From: Eledone cirrhosa
Lineage: Eukaryota
Direction: 5' to 3'
Assembly: GCA_964016885.1 (NCBI GenBank)
Contig: OZ024741.1
Coordinates: forward strand, 51,708,001 to 51,772,000
Length of the DNA stretch: 64,000 nt
Position 1 is the first letter of the stretch; each line of letters starts with the position of its first letter. The notes beneath the pieces were generated by a model. It searched no databases, was not told the origin of the DNA, and worked only from the letters and a program-made list of their open reading frames with translations. This document shows positions 48,401 through 63,400 of the stretch, piece after piece. The translations under genes were made by a program, and so were the position numbers.

Positions 48401-51400
48401 TGGCGGTATAGAGTTTGGGAGTGGTGTAGGAGACAGTGTTGTAGGAGAGTGTTGTGTGGTTAAATACAGGTTGGGAGCGGTATAGGTGACATAGTGTTGT
48501 AGGAGAGTGTTGTGTGGTGGTATAGAGTTTGGGAGTGGTGTAGGAGACATAGTGTTGTAGGAGAGTGTTGTGTGGTGGTATAGAGTTTGGGAGTGGTGTA
48601 GGAGACATAGTGTTGTAGGAGAGGGTTGTTTTGTGGTATAGAGTTTGGGAGTGGTGTAGGAGACATAGTGTGGTAGGAGAGTGTTGTGTGGTGGTATAGA
48701 GTTTGGTAGTGGTGTACGAGACATTGTGTTGTAGGAGAGTGTTGTGTGGTTGTATAGAGTTTGGGAGTGGTGTAGGAGACATAGTGTTGTAGGAGAGTGT
48801 TGTGTGGTTGAATAGAGTTTGGGAGTGGTGTAGGAGACATAGTGTTGTAGGAGAGTGTTGTGTGGTGGTATAGAGTTTGGCAGTGTTGTAGGAGACATAG
48901 TGTTGTAGGAGAGTGTTGTGTGGTGGTATAGAGTTTGGGAGGGGGGTAGGAGACATAGTGTTGTAGGAGAGTGTTGTGTGGTAGCATAGAGTTGGAGAGT
49001 GGTGTAGGAGACATAGTGTTGTAGGAGAGTGTTGTGTGGTGGTATAGAATTTGGGAGTGGTGTAGGAGACATAGTGTTGTAGGAGAGTGTTGTGTGGTGG
49101 TATAGAGTTTGGGAGTGGTGTAGGAGACATAGTGTTGTTGGAGAGTGTTGTGTGGTTGTAGAGAGTTTGGGAGTGGTGTAGGAGACATAGTGTTGTTGGA
49201 GAGTGTTGTGTGGTGGTATAGAGTTTGGGGGTGGGGTAGGAGTCATAGTATTGTAGCAGAGTGTTGTGTGGTGGTATAGAGTTTGGGAGTGGTATAGGAG
49301 ACATAGTGTTGTAGGAGAGAGTTGTGGTGGTATAGAGTTTGGGAGTGGTGTAGGAGACATAGTATTGTGTGGTGGTATAGAGTTTGGGAGTGGTTGTAGG
49401 AGACATAGTATTGTAGGAGAGAGTTGTGTGGTGGTATAGAGTTTGGGAGTGGTGTAGGAAAAATAGTGTTGTTAGGAGAGTGTTGTGTGGTGGTATAGGA
49501 GACATATTGTTGTAGGAGAGGGTTGTGTGGTGGTATAGATTTTGGGAGTGGTGTAGGAGACATAGTATTGTAGGAGAGGTTGTGTGGTGGTATAGAGTTT
49601 GGGAGTGGTGTAGGAGACATAGTGTTGTAGGAGAGTGTTGTGTGGTGGTATAGAGTTTGGGAGTGGTGTAGGAGACATAGTGTTGTAGGAGAGTGTTGCG
49701 TGCTTGTATAGAGTTTGGGAGTGGTGTAGGAGACATAGTGTTGTAGGAGAGTGTTGCGTGCTTGTATAAAGTTTAGGAGTCGTGTAGGAGAAAGAGTGTT
49801 GTTAGGAGAGTGTTATGTGGTGGTATAGAGTTTGGGAGTGGTGTAGGGGACATACTGTTGTTAGGAGAGTGTTGTGTGGTTGTATAGGAGACATAGTATC
49901 GTAGGAGAGTGTTGTGTGGTGGTATAGAGTTTGGTAGTGGTGTAGGAGACATATTGTTGTAGGAGAGGGTGTTGTGGTGGTATAGAGTTTGGGAGTGGTG
50001 TAGGAGACATAGTGTTGTAGGAGAGTGTTGTGTGGTTGAATAGAGTTTGGGAGTGGTGTAGGAGACATAGTGTTATTAGGAGAGTGTTGTGTGGTAGTAT
50101 AGAGTTGGGAGTGGTGTAGAAGAAATAGTGTTGTTAGGAGAGTGTTGTGTGGTGGCATAGGAGACATAGTATTGTAGGAGAGTGTTGTGTGGTGGTATAG
50201 AGTTTGGGAGTGGTGTAGGAGACATAGTATTGTAGGAGAGTGTTGTGTGGTGGTATAGTGTTTGGGAGTGGTGTAGGAGACATAGTGTTGTAGGAGAGTG
50301 CTGTGTGGTGGTATAGTGTTTGGGAGTGGTGTAGGAGACATAGTGTTGTAGGAGAGTGTTGTATGGTGGTATAGAGTTAGGGAGTGGTGTAGGAGACATA
50401 GTATTGTTAAGAGTGTGTTGTGTGGTAGTATAGAGTTGGGAGTGGTGTAGAAGACATAGTGTTGTTAGGAGAGTGTTGTGTGGTGGCATAAGAGACATAG
50501 TATTGTAGGAGAGTGTTGTGTGGTGGTATAGAGTTTGGGAGTGGTGTAGGAGACATAGTGTTGTTAGGAGAGGTTTTGTGGTGGTATATAGTTTGGGAGT
50601 GGTGTAGGAGACAGTGTTGTAGGAGAGTGTTGTGTGGTGGTATAGAGTTTGGGAGTGGTGTAGGAGACATAGTGTTGTAGGAGAGTGTTGTGTGGTGGTA
50701 TAGAGTTTGGAAGTGGTGTAGGAGACATAGTGTTGTTAGGAGAGGTTTTGTGGTGGTATATAGTTTGGGAGTGGTGTAGGAGACAGTGTTGTAGGAGAGT
50801 GTTGTGTGGTGGTATAGAGTTTGGGAGTGGTGTAGGAGACAGTGTTGTAGGAGAGTGTTGTGTGGTGGTATAGAGTTTGGGAGTGGTGTAGGGGACATAC
50901 TGTTGTTAGGAGAGTGTTGTGTGGTTGTATAGGAGACATAGTATCGTAGGAGAGTGTTGTGTGGTGGTATAGAGTTTGGTAGTGGTGTAGGAGACATATT
51001 GTTGTAGGAGAGGGTGTTGTGGTGGTATAGAGTTTGGGAGTGGTGTAGGAGACATAGTGTTGTAGGAGAGTGTTGTGTGGTTGAATAGAGTTTGGGAGTG
51101 GTGTAGGAGACATAGTGTTATTAGGAGAGTGTTGTGTGGTAGTGTAGAGTTGGGAGTGGTGTAGAAGAAATAGTGTTGTTAGGAGAGTGTTGTGTGGTGG
51201 CATAGGAGACATAGTATTGTAGGAGAGTGTTGTGTGGTGGTATAGAGTTTGGGAGTGGTGTAGGAGACATAGTATTGTAGGAGAGTGTTGTGTGGTGGTA
51301 TAGTGTTTGGGAGTGGTGTAGGAGACATAGTGTTGTAGGAGAGTGCTGTGTGGTGGTATAGTGTTTGGGAGTGGTGTAGGAGACATAGTGTTGTAGGAGA

Positions 51401-54400
51401 GTGTTGTATGGTGGTATAGAGTTAGGGAGTGGTGTAGGAGACATAGTATTGTTAAGAGTGTGTTGTGTGGTAGTATAGAGTTGGGAGTGGTGTAGAAGAC
51501 ATAGTGTTGTTAGGAGAGTGTTGTGTGGTGGCATAAGAGACATAGTATTGTAGGAGAGTGTTGTGTGGTGGTATAGAGTTTGGGAGTGGTGTAGGAGACA
51601 TAGTGTTGTTAGGAGAGGTTTTGTGGTGGTATATAGTTTGGGAGTGGTGTAGGAGACAGTGTTGTAGGAGAGTGTTGTGTGGTGGTATAGAGTTTGGGAG
51701 TGGTGTAGGAGACATAGTGTTGTAGGAGAGTGTTGTGTGGTGGTATAGAGTTTGGAAGTGGTGTAGGAGACATAGTGTTGTTAGGAGAGGTTTTGTGGTG
51801 GTATATAGTTTGGGAGTGGTGTAGGAGACAGTGTTGTAGGAGAGTGTTGTGTGGTGGTATAGAGTTTGGGAGTGGTGTAGGAGACAGTGTTGTAGGAGAG
51901 TGTTGTGTGGTGGTATAGAGTTTGGGAGTGGTGTAGAAGACATAGTATTGTAGGAGAGAGTTGTGTGGTGGTATAGAGTTTGGGAGTGGTGTAGGAGACA
52001 GTGTTGTAAGAGAGTGTTGTGTGGTGGTACAGAGTTTGGGAGTGGTGTAGGAGACATAGTGTTGTAGGACAGTGTTGTGTGGTGGTATAGAGTTTGGGAG
52101 TGGTGTAGGAGACATATTATTGTAGGAGAGTGTTGTGTGGTGGTATAGAGTTTGGGAGTGGTTGTATAGGAGACATATGTTGTAGGAGTGTGTTGTGTGG
52201 TGGTATAGAGTTTGGGAGGGGTGTAGGAGACAGTGTTGTAGGAGTGTGTTGTGTGGTGGTATAGAGTTTGGGAGTGGTGTAGGAGACATAGTGTTGTAGG
52301 AGAGTGTTGTGTGGTGGTACAGAGTTTGGGAGTGGTGTAGGAGACATAGTGTTGTAGGAGAGTGTTGTGTGGTGGTATAGAGTTTGGGAGTGGTGTAGGA
52401 GACATATTGTTGTAGGAGTGTGTTGTGTGGTGGTATAGAGTTTGGGAGTGGTGTAGGAGACATAGTGTTGTAGGAGAGTGTTGTGTGGTGATAGAGAGTT
52501 TGGGAGTGGTGTAGGAGACATAGTGTTGTAGGAGAGTGTTGTGTGGTGGTATAGAGTTTGAGAGTGGTGTAGGAGACATATTGTTGTAGGAGTGTGTTGT
52601 GTGGTGGTATAGAGTTTGGGAGTGGTGTAGGAGACATATTGTTGTAGGAGAGTGTCGTGTGGTGGTATAGAGTTTGGGAGTGGTGTAGGAGACATATTGT
52701 TGTAGGAGAGTGTTGTGTGGTTGAATAGAGTTTGGGAGTGGTGTAGGAGACATATTGTTGTAGGAGAGTGTTGTGTGGTTGAATAGAGTTTGGGAGTGGT
52801 GTAGGAGACATAGTGTTGTAGGAGAGTGTTGTGTGGTGGTATAGAGTTTGGCAGTGCTGTAGGAGACATAGTGTTGTAAGAGAGTGTTGTGTGGTGGTAT
52901 AGAGTTTGGGAGGGGGGTAGAAGACATAGTGTTGTAGGAGAGTGTTGTGTGGTGGTATAGAGTTTGAGAGTGGTTTAGGATACATAGTGTTGTAGGAGAG
53001 TGTTGTGTGGTCGTATAGAATTTGGGAGTGGTGTAGGAGACATAGTGTTGTAGGAGAGTGTTGTGTGGTTGAATAGAGTTTGGGAGTGGTGTAGGAGACA
53101 TAGTGTTGTAGGAGAGTGTTGTGTGGTGGTATAGAGTTTGGCAGTGCTGTAGGAGACATAGTGTTGTAAGAGAGTGTTGTGTGGTGGTATAGAGTTTGGG
53201 AGGGGGGTAGAAGACATAGTGTTGAAGGAGAGTGTTGTGTGGTGGTATAGAGTTTGGGAGGGGTGTAGGCGACATTGTGTTGTAGGAGAGTGTTGTGTGG
53301 TGGTATAGAGTTTGAGAGTGGTTTAGGAGACATAGTGTTGTAGGAGAGTGTTGTGTGGTGGTATAGAATTTCGGAGTGGTGTAGGAGACATAGTGTTGTA
53401 GGAGAGTGTTGTGTGGTGGTATAGAGTTTGGGAGTGGTGTAGGAGACAGTTTTGTAGGAGAGTGTTGTGTGGTGGCATAGAGTTTGGGAGTGGTGTAGGA
53501 GACAGTGTTGTAGGAGAGTGTTGTGTGGTGGTGTAGAGTTTGGGAGTGGTGTAGGAGACATAGTGTTGTAGGAGAGTGTTGTGTGGTTGAATAGAGTTTG
53601 GGAGTGGTAAAGGAGACATAGTGTTGTAGGAGAGTGTTGTGTGGTGGTATAGATTTTGGGAGTGGTGTAGGAGACATAGTGTTGTAGGAGAGTGTTGTGT
53701 GGTGGTATAGAGTTTGGGAGTGGTGTAGGAGACATAGTGTTGTAGGAGAGTGTTGTGTGGTGGTATAAAGTTTGGGAGTGGTGTAGGAGACATAGTGTTG
53801 TAGGAGAGGGTTGTTTTGTGGTATAGAGTTTGGGAGTGGTGTAGGAGACATAGTGTTGTAGGAGAGTGTTGTGTGGTGGTATAGAGTTTGGGAGTGGTGT
53901 AGGAAACATTTTGTTGTAGGAGGGTGTTGTGTGGTGGTATAGAGTTTGGGAGGAGTGTAGGAGACATATGTTGTAGGAGAGGTTGTGTGGTGGTATAGAG
54001 TTTGGGAGTGGTGTAGGAGACAGTGTTGTAGGAGAGTGTTGTGTGGTGGTATAGAGTTTGGGAGTGGTGTAGGAGACAGTGTTGTAAAAGAGTGTTGTGT
54101 GATGGTATAGAGTTTGGGAGTGGTGTAGGAGACATAGTGTTGTAGGAGAATGTTGTGTGGTGGTATAGAGTTTGGGAGGAGTGTAGGAGACATATGTTGT
54201 AGGAGAGTGTTGTGTGGTGGTATAGAGTTTGAGAGTGGTGTAGGAGACACAGTGTTGTAGGAGAGTGTTGTGTGGTGGTATAGAGGTTGGGAGTGGTGTA
54301 GGAGACAGTGTTGTAGGAGAGTGTTGTGTGGTGGTATAGAGTTTGGGAATGTGTAGGAGACATAGTGTTGTAGGAGAGTGTTGTGTGGTGGTATAGAGTT

Positions 54401-57400
54401 TGGGAGTGGTGTAGGAGACATAGTGTTGTAGGAGAGTGTTGTGTGGTGGTATAGAGTTTGGGAGGAGTGTAGGAGACATATGTTGTAGGAGAGTGTTGTG
54501 TGGTGGTATAGAGTTTGGGAGTGGTGTAGGAGACAGTGTTGTAGGAGAGTGTTGTGTGGTGGTATAGAATTTGGGAATGGTGTAGGAGACATAGTGTTGT
54601 AGGAGAGTGTTGTGTGGTGGTATAGAGTTTGGGAGTGGTGTAGGAGACATTTTGTTGTAGGAGAGTGTTGTGTGATGTTATAGAGTTTGGGAGGGGTGCA
54701 GGAGACATATGTTGTAGGGGAGTGTTGTGTGGTGGTATAGAGTTTGAGAGTGGTGTAGGTGACATAGTGTAGTAGGGGAGTGTTGTGTAGTGGTATAGAG
54801 TTTGGGAGTGGTGTAGGAGACATAGTATTGTAGGAGAGTGTTGTGTGGTGGTATAGAGTTTGGGAGTGGTGTAGGAGACATAGTATTGTAGGAGAGAGTT
54901 GTGGTGGTATAGAGTTTGGGAGTGGTGTATGAGACATAGTGTTGTTAGGAGAGTGTAGGAGACATAGTGTTGTTAGGAGAGTTTGGGAGTGGTGTAGGAG
55001 ACATAGTATTGTGTGGTGGTATAGAGTTTGGGAGTGGTGTAGGATACATAGTATTGTAGGAGAGTGTTGTGTGGTGGTATAGAGTTTGGGAGTGGTTGTA
55101 TAGGAGACAGTGTTGTAGGAGAGTGTTGTTTGGTGGTATAGAGTTTGGGAGTCGTGTAGGAGACATAGTGTTGTAGGAGAGTGTTGTGTGGTGGTATAGA
55201 GTTTGGGAGTGGTGTAGGAGACATAGTATTGTAGGAGAGAGTTGTGTGGTGGTATAGAGTTTGGGAGTGGTGTAGGAAAAATAGTGTTGTTAGGAGAGTG
55301 TTGTGTGGTGGTATAGAGTTTGGGAGTGGTGTAGGAGACATATCGTTGTAGGAGAGGGTTGTGTGGTGGTATAGAGTTTGGGAGTGGTGTAGGAGACATA
55401 GTATTGTAGGAGAGGGTTGTGTGGTGGTATAGAGTTTGGGAGTGGTGTAGGAGACATAGTGTTGTAGGAGAGTGTTGTGTGGTTGAATACAGTTTGGGAG
55501 TGGTGTAGGAGACATAGTGTTATTAGGAGAGTGTTGTGTGGTGGCATAGGAGACATAGTATTGTAGGAGAGTGTTGTGTGGTGGTATAGAGTTTGGGAGT
55601 GGTGTAGGAAAAATAGTGTTATTAGGAGAGTGTTGTGTGGTGGCATAGGAGACATAGTATTGTAGGAGAGTGTTGTGTGGTGGTATAGAGTTTGGGAGTG
55701 GTGTAGGAGACAGTGTTGTAGGAGAGTGTTGTGTGGTGGTATAGAGTTTGGGAGTGGTGTAGGAAAAATAGTGTTGTTAGGAGAGTGTTGTGTGGTGGTA
55801 TAGAGTTTGGGAGTGGTGTAGGAGACATAGTATTGTAGGAGAGAGTTGTGTGGTGGTATAGAGTTTGGGAGTGGTGTAGGAGACATAGTATTGTAGGAGA
55901 GAGTTGTGTGGTGGTATAGAGTTTGGGAGTGGTGTAGGAAAAATAGTGTTGTTAGGAGAGTGTTGTGTGGTGGTATAGAGTTTGGGAGTGGTGTAGGAGA
56001 CATATCGTTGTAGGAGAGGGTTGTTTGGTGGTATAGAGTTTGGGAGTCGTGTAGGAGACATAGTGTTGTAGGAGAGTGTTGTGTGGTGGTATAGAGTTTG
56101 GGAGTGGTGTAGGAGACATAGTGTTGTAGGAGAGTGTTGTGTGGTGGTATAGAGTTTGGGAGTGGTGTAGGAGACATAGTGTTGTAGGAGAGTGTTGTGT
56201 GGTGGTATAGAGTTTGGGAGTGGTGTAGGAGACAGTGTTGTAGGAGTGTGTTGTGTGGTGATATAGAGTTTGGGAGTGGTGTAGGAGACATATCGTTGTA
56301 GGAGAGGGTTGTGTGGTGGTATAGAGTTTGGGAGTGGTGTAGGAGACATAGTGTTGTAGGAGAGTGTTGTGTGGTGGTATAGAGTTTGGGAGTGGTGTAG
56401 GAGACATAGTGTTGTAGGAGAGTGTTGTGTGGTGGTATAGAGTTAGGGAGTGGTGTAGGAGACATAGTATTGTTAAGAGTGTGTTGTGTGGTAGTATAGA
56501 GTTGGGAGTGGTGTAGAAGACATAGTGTTGTTAGGAGAGTGTTGTGTGGTGGTATAGAGTTTGGGAGTGGTTGTATAGGAGACAGTGTTGTAGGAGAGTG
56601 TTGTGTGGCGGTATAGAGTTTGGGAGTCGTGTAGGAGACATATTGTTGTAGGGGAGTGTTGTGTGGTGGTATAGAGTTTGGGAGTGGTTGTATAGGAGAC
56701 AGTGTTGTAGGAGAGTTTTGTGTGGTGGTATAGAGTTTGGGAGTCGTGTAGGAGACATAGTGTTGTTAGGAGAGGTTGTGTGGTGGTATAGAGTTTGGGA
56801 GTGGTGTAGGAGACATAGTGTTGTAGGAGAGTGTTGTGTGGTGGGATAGAGTTTGGGAGTGGTGTAGGAGACAGTGTTGTAGGAGAGTGTTGTGTGGTGG
56901 TATATAGTTTGGGAGTGGTGTAGGAGACAGTGTTGTAGGAGAGTGTTGTGTGATGGTATAGAGTTAGGGAGTGGTGTAGGAGACAGTGTTGTAAGAGAGT
57001 GTTGTGTGTTGGTACAGAGTTTGGGAGTGGTGTAGGAGACATAGTATTCTAGGAGAGTGTTGTGTGGTGGTATAGAGTTTGGGAGTGGTGTAGCAGACAT
57101 AGTGTTGTAGGAGTGTGTTGTGTGGTGGTATGGAGTTAGGGAGTGGTGTAGGAGACATAGTATTCTAGGAGAGTGTTGTGTGGTGGTATAGAGTTTGGGA
57201 GTGGTGTAGGAGACATAGTGTTGTAGGAGAGTGTTGTGCGGTGGTATAGAGTTTGGGACTGGTGTAGGAGACATAGTATTCTAGGAGATTGTTGTGTGGT
57301 GGTATAGAGTTTGGGAGTGGTGTAGCAGACATAGTGTTGTAGGAGTGTATTGTGTGGTGGTATAGAGTTAGGGAGTGGTGTATGAGACATAGTATTATAG

Positions 57401-60400
57401 GAGAGTGTTGTGTGGTGGTATAGAGTTTGGGAGTGGTGTAGGAGACATAGTGTTGTAGGAGAGTGTTGTGCGGCGGTATAGAGTTTGGGAGTGGTGTAGG
57501 AGACATTGTGTTGTAGGAGAGTGTTGTGTGGTGGTATAGAGTTTGGGAGTGGTGTAGGAGACAGTGTTGTAAGAGAGTGTTGTGTGTTGGTACAGAGTTT
57601 GGGAGTGGTGTAGGAGACATAGTATTCTAGGAGAGTGTTGTGTGGTGGTATAGAGTTTGGGAGTGGTGTAGCAGACATAGTGTTGTAGGAGTGTGTTGTG
57701 TGGTGGTATAGAGTTAGGGAGTGGTGTAGGAGACATAGTATTCTAGGAGAGTGTTGTGTGGTGGTATAGAGTTTGGGAGTGGTGTAGGAGACATAGTGTT
57801 GTAGGAGAGTGTTGTGCGGTGGTATAGAGTTTGGGAGTGGTGTAGGAGACATTGTGTTGTAGGAGAGTGTTGTGTGGTGGTATAGAGTTTGGGAGTGGTG
57901 TAGGAGACATAGTGTTGTAGGAGAGTGTTGTGTGGTTGAATAGAGTTTGGGAGTGGTGTAGGAGACATAGTGTTGTAGGAGAGTGTTGTGTGGTGGTATA
58001 GAGTTTGGCAGTGTTGTAGGAGACATAGTGTTGTAGGAGAGTGTTGTGTGGTGGTATAGAGTTTCGGAGGGGGGTAGGAGACATAGTGTTGTAGGAGAGT
58101 GTTGTGTGGTGGCATAGAGTTGGAGAGTGGTGTAGGAGACATAGTGTTGTAGGAGAGTGTTGTGTGGTGGTATAGAATTTGGGAGTGGTGTAGGAGACAT
58201 AGTATTGTAGGAGAGAGTTGTGTGGTGGTATAGAGTTTGGGAGTGGTGTAGGAGACAGTGTTGTAAGAGAGTGTTGTGTGGTGGTACAGAGTTTGGGAGG
58301 GGTGTAGGAGACATAGTGTTGTAGGACAGTGTTGTGTGGTGGTATAGAGTTTGGGAGTGGTGTAGGAGACATATTATTGTAGGAGAGTGTTGTGTGGTGG
58401 TATAGAGTTTGGGAGTGGTTGTATAGGGGACAGTGTTGTAGGAGAGTGTTGTGTGGTGGTATAGAGTTTGGGAGTCGTGTAGGAGACAGTGTTGTAGGAG
58501 TGTGTTGTGTGGTGGTATAGAGTTTGGGAGTGGTGTAGGAGACATAGTGTTGTAGGAGTGTATTGTGTGGTGGTATAGAGTTTGGGAGGGGTGTAGGAGA
58601 CAGTGTTGTAGGAGTGTGTTGTGTGGTGGTATAGAGTTTGGGAGTGGTGTAGGAGACATAGTGTTGTAGGAGAGTGTTGTGTGGTGGTACAGAGTTTGGG
58701 AGTGGTGTAGGAGACATAGTGTTGTAGGAGAGTGTTGTGTGGTGGTATAGAGTTTGGGAGTGGTGTAGGAGACATATTGTTGTAGGAGTGTGTTGTGTGG
58801 TGGTATAGAGTTTGGGAGTGGTGTAGGAGACATAGTGTTGTAGGAGAGTGTTGTGTGGTGATACAGAGTTTGGGAGTGGTGTAGGAGACATAGTGTTGTA
58901 GGAGAGTGTTGTGTGGTGGTATAGAGTTTGAGAGTGGTGTAGGAGACATATTGTTGTAGGAGTGTGTTGTGTGGTGGTATAGAGTTTGGGAGTGGTGTAG
59001 GAGACATATTGTTGTAGGAGAGTGTCGTGTGGTGGTATAGAGTTTGGGAGTGGTGTAGGAGACATATTGTTGTAGGAGTGTGTTGTGTGGTGGTATAGAG
59101 TTTGGGAGTGGTGTAGGAGACATATTGTTGTAGGAGAGTGTTGTGTGGTTGAATAGAGTTTGGGAGTGGTGTAGGAGACATAGTGTTGTAGGAGAGTGTT
59201 GTGTGGTGGTATAGAGTTTGGCAGTGTTGTAGGAGACATAGTGTTGTAGGAGAGTGTTGTGTGGTGGTATAGAGTTTCGGAGGGGGGTAGGAGACATAGT
59301 GTTGTAGGAGAGTGTTGTGTGGTGGCATAGAGTTGGAGAGTAGTGTAGAAGACATAGTGTTGTAGGAGAGTGTTGTGTGGTGGTATAGAATTTGGGAGTG
59401 GTGTAGGAGACATAGTGTTGTAGGAGAGTGTTGTGTGGTGGTATAGAGTTTGGGAGTGGTGTAGGAGACATAGTGTTGTTGGAGAGTGTTGTGTGTTTGA
59501 ATAGAGTTTGGGAGTGGTGTAGGAGACATAGTGTTGTAGGAGAGAGTTGTGGTGGTATAGAGTTTGGGAGTGGTGTAGGAGACATAGTGTTGTTAGGAGA
59601 GTGTAGGAGACATAGTGTTGTTAGGAGAGTTTGGGAGTGGTGTAGGAGACATAGTATTGTGTGGTGGTATAGAGTTTGGGAGTCGTGTAGGAGACATAGT
59701 ATTGTAGGAGAGAGTTGTGTGGTGTTATAGAGTTTGGGAGTGGTGTAGGAAAAATAGTGTTGTTAGGAGAGTGTTGTGTGGTGGTATAGGAGACATATTG
59801 TTGTAGGAGAGGGTTGTGTGGTGGTATAGATTTTGGGAGTGGTGTAGGAGACATAGTATTGTAGGAGAGGGTTGTGTGGTGGTATAGAGTTTGGGAGTGG
59901 TGTAGGAGACATAGTGTTGTAGGAGAGTGTTGTGTGGTGGTATAGAGTTTGGGAGTGGTGTAGGAAAAATAGTGTTATTAGGAGAGTGTTGTGTGGTGGC
60001 ATAGGAGACATAGTATTGTAGGAGAGTGTTGTGTGGTGGTATAGAGTTTGGGAGTGGTGTAGGAGACAGTGTTGTAGGAGAGTGTTGTGTGGTGGTATAG
60101 AGTTTGGGAGTGGTGTAGGAAAAATAGTGTTGTTAGGAGAGTGTTGTGTGGTGGTATAGAGTTTGGGAGTGGTGTAGGAGACATAGTATTGTAGGAGAGA
60201 GTTGTGTGGTGGTATAGAGTTTGGGAGTGGTGTAGGAGACATAGTATTGTAGGAGAGAGTTGTGTGGTGGTATAGAGTTTGGGAGTGGTGTAGGAAAAAT
60301 AGTGTTGTTAGGAGAGTGTTGTGTGGTGGTATAGAGTTTGGGAGTGGTGTAGGAGACATATCGTTGTAGGAGAGGGTTGTGTGGTGGTATAGAGTTTGGG

Positions 60401-63400
60401 AGTCGTGTAGGAGACATAGTGTTGTAGGAGAGTGTTGTGTGGTGGTATAGAGTTTGGGAGTGGTGTAGGAGACATAGTGTTGTAGGAGAGTGTTGTGTGG
60501 TGGTATAGAGTTTGGGAGTGGTGTAGGAGACATAGTGTTGTAGGAGAGTGTTGTGTGGTGGTATAGAGTTTGGGAGTGGTGTAGGAGACAGTGTTGTAGG
60601 AGTGTGTTGTGTGGTGATATAGAGTTTGGGAGTGGTGTAGGAGACATATCGTTGTAGGAGAGGGTTGTGTGGTGGTATAGAGTTTGGGAGTGGTGTAGGA
60701 GACATAGTGTTGTAGGAGAGTGTTGTGTGGTGGTATAGAGTTTGGGAGTGGTGTAGGAGACATAGTGTTGTAGGAGAGTGTTGTGTGGTGGTATAGAGTT
60801 AGGGAGTGGTGTAGGAGACATAGTATTGTTAAGAGTGTGTTGTGTGGTAGTATAGAGTTGGGAGTGGTGTAGAAGACATAGTGTTGTTAGGAGAGTGTTG
60901 TGTGGTGGTATAGAGTTTGGGAGTGGTTGTATAGGAGACAGTGTTGTAGGAGAGTGTTGTGTGGCGGTATAGAGTTTGGGAGTCGTGTAGGAGACATATT
61001 GTTGTAGGGGAGTGTTGTGTGGTGGTATAGAGTTTGGGAGTGGTTGTATAGGAGACAGTGTTGTAGGAGAGTTTTGTGTGGTGGTATAGAGTTTGGGAGT
61101 CGTGTAGGAGACATAGTGTTGTTAGGAGAGGTTGTGTGGTGGTATAGAGTTTGGGAGTGGTGTAGGAGACATAGTGTTGTAGGAGAGTGTTGTGTGGTGG
61201 GATAGAGTTTGGGAGTGGTGTAGGAGACAGTGTTGTAGGAGAGTGTTGTGTGGTGGTATATAGTTTGGGAGTGGTGTAGGAGACAGTGTTGTAGGAGAGT
61301 GTTGTGTGATGGTATAGAGTTTGGGAGTGGTGTAGGAGACAGTGTTGTAAGAGAGTGTTGTGTGTTGGTACAGAGTTTGGGAGTGGTGTAGGAGACATAG
61401 TATTCTAGGAGAGTGTTGTGTGGTGGTATAGAGTTTGGGAGTGGTGTAGCAGACATAGTGTTGTAGGAGTGTGTTGTGTGGTGGTATAGAGTTAGGGAGT
61501 GGTGTAGGAGACATAGTATTCTAGGAGAGTGTTGTGTGGTGGTATAGAGTTTGGGAGTGGTGTAGGAGACATAGTGTTGTAGGAGAGTGTTGTGCGGTGG
61601 TATAGAGTTTGGGACTGGTGTAGGAGACATAGTATTCTAGGAGATTGTTGTGTGGTGGTATAGAGTTTGGGAGTGGTGTAGCAGACATAGTGTTGTAGGA
61701 GTGTATTGTGTGGTGGTATAGAGTTAGGGAGTGGTGTATGAGACATAGTATTATAGGAGAGTGTTGTGTGGTGGTATAGAGTTTGGGAGTGGTGTAGGAG
61801 ACATAGTGTTGTAGGAGAGTGTTGTGCGGTGGTATAGAGTTTGGGAGTGGTGTAGGAGACATTGTGTTGTAGGAGAGTGTTGTGTGGTGGTATAGAGTTT
61901 GGGAGTGGTGTAGGAGACAGTGTTGTAAGAGAGTGTTGTGTGTTGGTACAGAGTTTGGGAGTGGTGTAGGAGACATAGTATTCTAGGAGAGTGTTGTGTG
62001 GTGGTATAGAGTTTGGGAGTGGTGTAGCAGACATAGTGTTGTAGGAGTGTGTTGTGTGGTGGTATAGAGTTAGGGAGTGGTGTAGGAGACATAGTATTCT
62101 AGGAGAGTGTTGTGTGGTGGTATAGAGTTTGGGAGTGGTGTAGGAGACATAGTGTTGTAGGAGAGTGTTTTGCGGTGGTATAGAGTTTGGGAGTGGTGTA
62201 GGAGACATTGTGTTGTAGGAGAGTGTTGTGTGGTGGTATAGAGTTTGGGAGTGGTGTAGGAGACATAGTGTTGTAGGAGAGTGTTGTGTGGTTGAATAGA
62301 GTTTGGGAGTGGTGTAGGAGACATAGTGTTGTAGGAGAGTGTTGTGTGGTGGTATAGAGTTTGGCAGTGTTGTAGGAGACATAGTGTTGTAGGAGAGTGT
62401 TGTGTGGTGGTATAGAGTTTCGGAGGGGGGTAGGAGACATAGTGTTGTAGGAGAGTGTTGTGTGGTGGCATAGAGTTGGAGAGTGGTGTAGGAGACATAG
62501 TGTTGTAGGAGAGTGTTGTGTGGTGGTATAGAATTTGGGAGTGGTGTAGGAGACATAGTATTGTAGGAGAGAGTTGTGTGGTGGTATAGAGTTTGGGAGT
62601 GGTGTAGGAGACAATGTTGTAAGAGAGTGTTGTGTGGTGGTACAGAGTTTGGGAGGGGTGTAGGAGACATAGTGTTGTAGGACAGTGTTGTGTGGTGGTA
62701 TAGAGTTTGGGAGTGGTGTAGGAGACATATTATTGTAGGAGAGTGTTGTGTGGTGGTATAGAGTTTGGGAGTGGTTGTATAGGGGACAGTGTTGTAGGAG
62801 AGTGTTGTGTGGTGGTATAGAGTTTGGGAGTCGTGTAGGAGACAGTGTTGTAGGAGTGTGTTGTGTGGTGGTATAGAGTTTGGGAGTGGTGTAGGAGACA
62901 TAGTGTTGTAGGAGTGTATTGTGTGGTGGTATAGAGTTTGGGAGGGGTGTAGGAGACAGTGTTGTAGGAGTGTGTTGTGTGGTGGTATAGAGTTTGGGAG
63001 TGGTGTAGGAGACATAGTGTTGTAGGAGAGTGTTGTGTGGTGGTACAGAGTTTGGGAGTGGTGTAGGAGACATAGTGTTGTAGGAGAGTGTTGTGTGGTG
63101 GTATAGAGTTTGGGAGTGGTGTAGGAGACATATTGTTGTAGGAGTGTGTTGTGTGGTGGTATAGAGTTTGGGAGTGGTGTAGGAGACATAGTGTTGTAGG
63201 AGAGTGTTGTGTGGTGATACAGAGTTTGGGAGTGGTGTAGGAGACATAGTGTTGTAGGAGAGTGTTGTGTGGTGGTATAGAGTTTGAGAGTGGTGTAGGA
63301 GACATATTGTTGTAGGAGTGTGTTGTGTGGTGGTATAGAGTTTGGGAGTGGTGTAGGAGACATATTGTTGTAGGAGAGTGTCGTGTGGTGGTATAGAGTT